Positions 57,589 to 64,000 of a stretch of 64,000 nt of DNA are shown here, in pieces (position 1 is the stretch's first letter; every line of letters begins with the position of its first letter). A program made the translations under genes and the position numbers. Below the pieces are notes generated by a model. It saw nothing but the letters and a program-made list of their open reading frames with translations, made no database searches and was not told the DNA's origin. Origin of the DNA: Minutocellus sp. GHC0000111 (Eukaryota); contig OZ361256.1 of the NCBI GenBank assembly GCA_977018835.1, forward strand, positions 4,340,001-4,404,000. Direction: 5' to 3'.

Positions 57589-60500
57589 CTACTCAATCTC
57601 AATAACCGAGTCGTCATCCTCGTCGTCGCTTTTCGTCCCGTTTGCCTTCTTGCATTCTTCGAAATAAGGAACTCCGGCGTTGTCCAATTCACTATTGCAA
57701 TTTGCGAAGTAACTGGGATCAGGAAAGCCATGGGGTCCATTGTTCGGCGAAGTCTTGTGATGAATGGTGGCCCAAGTGACAACGTTCGTTGCCCCGGTGG
57801 TAATAGATGTGCCAACAACAAAGGTGAGCCCTCGGGAGAAAGCATGAATGACCACATTTCTTCATTTTTGCCGCAACTCCTCCTTTTTCTGCGAAGGTGT
57901 CGATGCAGATGGGGCACATATCGTTTGTTTCGCCAGATGCTTTGAGGTCAATTTCATCATACGCACAGTCGGGAGCATCCAATGCGTAAGGGGCAACGTA
58001 CTCAATCTCAGCGATGGTCCCCGAGCTATAGTGTCCCAGGCGATTACCCCTCCCCCCAAAGGGCGCAGCACCACCGGTGAAAGAATATGGATTGGCCCCC
58101 CTTCGCCTTGTGGACGATCCAGATGGCACAACGGGCGTCCCGGTAAAAGAACCAGGGCCAAATAGATTGCCCCAAACGTTCTGCGGTGGGGGCGGAACTG
58201 GCCTCGCATAGCGTGGGATAAAATAGTCTTTGACCCAAGTCTTTCGCCCTTCATTGAAGAAATCGTCGATAACAATCTGCAAGGCTGTGTGAAAGGTGTG
58301 GAGCTATTCATTCCCCGGGCTCTCCATTTGGCTAGGATCGAGAAGACTGGCGGAATACCGAATCAAAGGAATGACTTGAGAAGACTTTTGCAGCACAACC
58401 TCGTCCTCATAGCGATCGCCGTTTTCGTCCTCTTCGTCGCTAATTTCACCTTCATTTTCCATCACACGCCTAACAGACCGGCTAAACGCTGTTGGCAATA
58501 CATAGCCCCCCTTTGGCCTTTAATTGCCAATTACAGTATCGATACCGGCACTGGCGTCTCTTCTTGCTGTTCCTATCTCAATCCTGTCGACGACGCCCTT
58601 CATACGGGCCACAATCAAGCCGACATCGCCATACGCTCGGAACGCAAAGGGACCATTTCCGGTGTACACGCCGTCTCCAAAGACTGAGCCATTGTAGTTG
58701 CTGGTAACACTGCTCGCTTGGCGTTCGGCGTGCGTCATGAGACGGTCAGTACGGATTCGATCCATGTTCTGACCGCGGGTGTAATGATACGCGATGTCCA
58801 CACGGTTGCCCGCCGACCAAAAGTTTTGCTGCTCCTGAAACATACGCTCTGCCATGAAGGTCATGTCGTCACGTGCCACGGGGCTGATGAGACTGTCGAC
58901 AGCTGCATCACCTGTCGACAATTCCTTGTGCTTCTCAAGAACGCGCTCCACAAACAGAAACGCCTTGCCTTCGATGGTATCGTACATCTTCTTGTTGTCG
59001 TTTTCCTTGCGCTCCTCAACCTCCTGGCGCCATTCGGCATGCTCTTCTTGTTTGATTCGGACGGCGGTCCAGTACGACGAGCTGTCTACCGGCTGAGCTC
59101 GAGCTGCCGCGTGAGATGAGGCTGAATCTGCAGAGGGCTTGTTTTCTTCCTCCTCCTCCTTTTCATCCTTCTCCTCTTCTTTGGCAGGATCGCTCTTGAT
59201 ACGAGGCTTGATCTTCTTCATCGGCAGGGTCACTCTTGATCGGTGCGCCATCATAATCACGATCGTCTTTCAGCCTGCCGGTTCCCCGACCGGTAGTAGT
59301 TGTTGGGCTGCTTTCAGACTTGACTCAAGTAGTTGAACGCTGCGACGAAGGAGATGGCGGGCGGTGCAGCTGCGCCACCGGCAGAGGAGCAGGTGCAGGG
59401 GCGGGTACAGCTGGGGCCGTTGGCTTCGTTACCGCTGGTATGGCATTGTAGGCGGCATTGGCAGCATGCAACGCCGCCACCGAGCTCGAAGATGCCGCCG
59501 CCCAAGTGTTGTTGGATGTGGCAGCTGCAGCCGAACGTGCCGCCGTCGTTGCGGCCACGGCCGCCGAAGCTGCCGACTGCGCGGCCCTCAGCCTCGCGAG
59601 GCGAGCCTCCCGATCCCTCCGCAGACGTTCCGCCAGCTCCTTCCTTGCCTTCTCCTCGGCCTCCTCGCGTTCCTTGCGCTCCCGCTCCACGCGTTCTCGC
59701 TCCTCCCGCTCCTTGGCCTCCCGCGCCTCCCGTGCCTCCCGTTCGGCCCGTTCCCTGGCCTCCCGCGCCTCCTCCTCAGCACGCTTCTGGGCCTCCTCCC
59801 GCTCCTTCATCTCGGCGGCAATGGCATCGAACTCCTCGTCCTCCAGCATGTCGAGGATCTCCCGGTCGATCCCGTCCTCGATGTCGTCGTACCGGATGGT
59901 CGGGCGTTGCTTCTTCTTCTTGTTGCGGTGGCTGGTATCGCCGTCATTACATGCATCCTCCTCCTTCTTCTCCTCTTCTCCACCCTTGGGCTGCTGGCCG
60001 TTGGCATTGCTGGAATTGGCATTCCCACCGGTGGTAGACTGGCCACCACCTGCACCCCTGCCGCTCTGCCGCAGCCACTCCTCCCAATCGTCGTCGTTAT
60101 CTGATGAGTCCTCGTACCACCTGGGTCGTCTCCTTGGTGGTTGTGGTGGTGGTGGTGGTTGCTGCTGCTGCGCCGTTGCCGTTGGTTGGGGCTTCTTTCC
60201 TGCTGCTACAGCTGCCTCGTCCTGACCAGCAGCAGCATTGGCAGTGGCAATATCGGCCCCATCCGTGCCATCGCCATCGTCCCCACCGCCCTCTCCGTTG
60301 TCCTTCTTCTTGTTCTTCTTCTCGTCCTCCCCCATCGTGGCATCGTCCTCGTTCCTCGGCTCGTTGTCGTGGCTCGATCCCGCCGCCGGTTGGGACAGCG
60401 GCGGCACCACGTGCCCGGCCCCGTCCGTCGCATTCTGATGGGCCGGCATGGCCAGCCCGGTCAGCCGGGTGAACTCCTCGTCCGTCATCGTCGTGGTATC

Positions 60501-61400
60501 GGCGGCGGTGGTGCCGGTGGCGGCGGTGGTGCTGGTTACAGCGGACTTGGATTTGGTCGTTATCTCGGCCCTGCCATCGTCGTCATCGTCGTCAATGGCG
60601 GCAGGGACCGTCCAACCCTCCTCCTGATCGGCTGGCGCGGCCGATGCTGCTGCTAAAGATGCTGCTGCTGGGGGAAGCACCGACTTCTCCACAACACGAA
60701 CTGGCCCCGCCTCCTCCCGCATTGCATGCACAGACGATGGCACCGTTCGGCCAACGGTGGCATTGCCGCCGCTGGAATCGGATGCGCCTCCATTATTCCT
60801 GGCAGTGCCAGCGTCGGTATCAGCAGCGCCGGTAGCGTCGGTATCAGCAGCACCGGCAGTCGTATCCACAGCAGCAGCAGCAGCAGCATCGGCCGCCGGC
60901 TGCTCGCTGCCAACCTTTCGCATCTCCTCCTCCTCGTCACCGTCGTTATGATTATTGTCGTCGTCGTCTGCCCGGTCGAAACTGCGTTCTGCTGGCAGCA
61001 GCAACGAGGCACCCACACCCACACCAGTATTACAGCCAAGGCGGGGTTCCCGGCGGCCGCATTCCCGGCGCCAACACATGTATTAGTAGTAGACGCACCG
61101 TTCGCGCCGACACTTACGACGGCAGCAGAGCTGCTGGCGGTAGAGCTCGCGGCGTACCCCCACTGCCCCCGCGGCCGCTTGCGCTTCTTGAACGTCCGCT
61201 TCTTTGTGAGAGGAGCAGCGGCAGCGGCACCGCCAGCCCCAGCCTCCTGAGAGTTCATAGAGGCAGCGGTCAAGGTCGAGGCGGTAGCAGTTGAGGCAGA
61301 TGCTGGCGGGCCGTCCATCTCGATGGTCAGGGTCGAAGAGGCAGTCGGTCCCACGCCGACGCCGGTTTGAGAGTTGCCGTCGAAGTTAGTTCGGGGCCAT
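57589..61400 (-). pseudogene. Low-complexity N-terminus + PARP-like ART domain + RING + Deltex C-terminal domain, disabled
   Basis: YHYT, FGDGVYT and DEVVL..QVIP; CPIC..KCGH; GLTFVVGTSITTG..VTWATIHHKT..GFPDPSY. In-frame stops at 58520 and 58304, frameshifts, and an internal deletion near 57850. Confidence 0.75.
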
Positions 61401-62090
61401 CAATGAATGAATTGAAAAAAAATAAATCAAAATCGATACAGGTCAGCCCACTCCAGCACCCTCGGTCGGCCAATCGGCAGGTAGCCGTACGCCCCGCGGG
61501 GCAAGAGTCGAGTCTGAGCAGCGGTTGCTCAGCCAGCTAGCAGTTTCGAAGTTTTCAAGTTCGGAGTGCGCGTGAAAGGCACCGAGGCCACCGAGCCGAG
61601 CGAGGCAGGCGCCAGTCTCATGATGGCCGCATCGGCAGCCTCACTCCCCCCTTTCTTTTGGGGGAATATAGAAATAGAAACCCCTCTTTTCGCAACGCAC
61701 GAGTGCGATAATGCATGTCAAGCAAGATGTCAAAAATCGCACCTACATGTAGCTAGGTATCTTTTGAGCACGTTGTCCTCTTTCCTTGTTCCCACCTTGC
61801 TATTTGCGCTGATTGCATGCCACATGTTAAAATAACATTTGCCCAATATGCCGAGGAAAGGTCAAGAATTCGTGCAAGGTTAACATGTTTCATAACGGCA
61901 AAATCAGGCTGTGATTTCCTTTGCTGTAGAGTCTAGCTAAGTTCGCAAAAGAGTGTCTAAAGCGATACGGACATCGGCAATACAAGATTAGTTTAAACGA
62001 ATCGTTTTTAGAATTTCTTTGAAATACGAGAAGAATTTCTAATGCTGATAGTTTAGTCTACTCGCTACCGGTACTACATAGTAATTTATT

Positions 62091-64000
62091 CTACTCAGAG
62101 CAAGTACAGTTGGCCAACTCCATCACACTCGACTGCAGCAATACACTTTGGAAGATTCTATAAACATCGGGGTTGGTAACCTCGAGCTGATCCATTCTCT
62201 CGTGGGATATCTTTGCCAAAATTGTCCCATCCTGTGAGGCAATCACACCGAAGGTACGTGGCCGCTCCAGGAGAAAGTCGACATATCCAAAAATAGTGCC
62301 AATCTGCAAAATGGCTCGGATGTCTCCGATTTCCTTCGCTTTTCGCAGAGTTCGCAACGGACTTTGGCTCATCTGCACCTGACCCGCACCAGAAACAATG
62401 GTGGAATTTTGGTTCGGCTTGATGTAGTCTTCCCTGACTAAGGCCACAGCGCCCTTGAGGACGATGAAGAAAGCATCGGAGTTCGCATCGCGTCGGTAAA
62501 TTACGTCTCCTTCCTGACACACCACCTCTTCGTGAAATTCCTGATTCTCCAGCACGGAAAGTTTCGATAGCTCGGAATCATGGAGGCCAAGACATGTGAA
62601 AATATATGTGGCAGCGTCTCCTTTGGAACGCTAGCTCCTACATTATCCATGGGCCCAATCAATTCATCAAGACGGATAAAAGATGGTCGCTTCGAAGTAA
62701 TCTCTTGGGTCAATTTCTGGATCATTAGATTTTCGCAAAATTCCAGAGCCTCGTGCACGGTGAGAAAAAGAATTACTCTCTCCGTTTCTTCCACTTCGGA
62801 CTCTGCGTCAAGGAGCGACTGTTTCACTTGCTCCTCTTCTTCTAGAGCGTACGCAACGTCGTGCGAGCGCATCATCCACTCGACTCTTGGGAGCGCACTC
62901 GTCGCGCAGACTACAATGCCTCGCTTGGCACACATCTTGGCAAGCTGCAGGAAACACCCACGGGCAGCCGATGCGTCCAAGTTGTTGAGGTGGGATAAAT
63001 CCAGAACAACATAGTCAGGGCGACGTCGGATGTTTGGCTGGATTAAATTGCGACCAGTGAAGGAATGGTTCTTCGCTAGACGTGGATGTCCTCGAGGGCC
63101 AGGACTTGCCATGGTCAGCTCTTGAGTCTCTTCTTGTGTGGCCTCCAATCCAATATCCTCGCTAATATTCTGAAGTAGCTGGATTGAGCTCCCAAAAAAA
63201 AGAGATCCTTTAATCTCAAAGGTCACAATTTTCGCCACTCTACCATACGCATTGTCCTGAAGTAATTTCCAGTCCTCTGCGTGGAAAGGAAAGATAGGAG
63301 GAAAATTGCGATGACAAGATGTGAGGGAGAACTCGGTGCCAAGGTCAGATCATTGATCGTGTTTATCACAACTCAACGACTCCCCGGGTTGGAAAAGACC
63401 AAACTTACCGGGCTTCCATACCGCTCTCGATCGCTTCACCACTCGTGTGACCGTTGTCACTTGGGCGGTGGTTACCACGTGATCAATTATTGCTACAACC
63501 ACACCAAAAAGTATGCCAGCATCAATACCAATAATATGAATCGCTATAAACGTAGCGATGAGAACCAGATACTCTGTGAGAAGCAATTTTTCTCGAACCT
63601 CCCACAGCCATTCGTAGAGGAGATCCCAACCGATGAAGATTAGTGTTGCTGTATGTGTATTGTAAAAAAAAATATTTCGCTCGGGATTAGTAAGAGGAAA
63701 CTGAGGGAGTAAATCCATTATAGTGCTCAAGGAAGGCAAGCTTGCAAGCTTTATTTTGCACTCACCTCCAAGGAAGAACAAGGGTAACACGCTGAGGAAA
63801 TTGACTTTCGATACAACATCCGCAATGAACATAATCATGATGAAAATACCAACCCACTTGGATCTGCATCCAGTCCGATAAGCAAAAATCGTCTGGGAGA
63901 ATATATAACTGCCAGTAAAACCGATAGTACAACCACTCATGAGATTGCAGATGCCCACGGTGGCCAATTCTTTGTTTGTGTCGAGGGCCTCACCCATGTC
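62091..64000 (-). CDS. SulP/SLC26 sulfate transporter with STAS and cyclic-nucleotide-binding domains (partial, spliced, frameshift ~62570)
   Basis: NKELATVG..GFTGSYIFSQT, GSLFFGS, LDASA and GTIFGYVDF..PR motifs. Confidence 0.88.

Noticed and set aside
9386..58522. Stop-codon reassignment explaining the in-frame stops
   Set aside because: All three stop types occur, they also terminate intact genes, and most of the affected genes also carry frameshifts.
59333..61250. Several long plus-strand ORFs
   Set aside because: Antisense to low-complexity GC-rich coding sequence.
1..64000. tRNA, rRNA or snRNA genes
   Set aside because: None recognised by eye; a tRNAscan-SE or Infernal run would be needed to exclude them.

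Overview
Gene-dense eukaryotic DNA, most likely from a diatom. Evidence: short GT-AG introns, signal peptides followed by A-F/A-Y plastid-targeting-like motifs, a nuclear-encoded plastid sigma factor, a silaffin-like KxxK protein and a CoDi-type Ty1/copia element. The window holds about 28 protein genes. Intact ones include NHP2, an S6K-like AGC kinase, sigma70, CIA30/NmrA, DUF1415, DUF1517/FLAP1, a metallophosphoesterase, cytochrome b5 reductase and one U-box/Sel1 gene. Many others carry in-frame stops, frameshifts or deletions. A full-length 6.2 kb copia element (196-bp LTRs, CATAG target-site duplication) shows four notable features: patchy TpA->TpG/CpA hypermutation (Tyr->Cys/His in conserved motifs), a primer-binding site complementary to its own LTR (possible self-priming), one in-frame TGA between gag and pol, and a Tudor-like domain between integrase and RT. 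Other highlights are a disabled PARP-like + RING + Deltex-C fusion gene, an N-terminal-His LPMO-like gene, a MITE inserted into a stop codon, and a (TTAGGG)3 insert inside a coding exon. All calls come from motif recognition by eye; no database searches were run.
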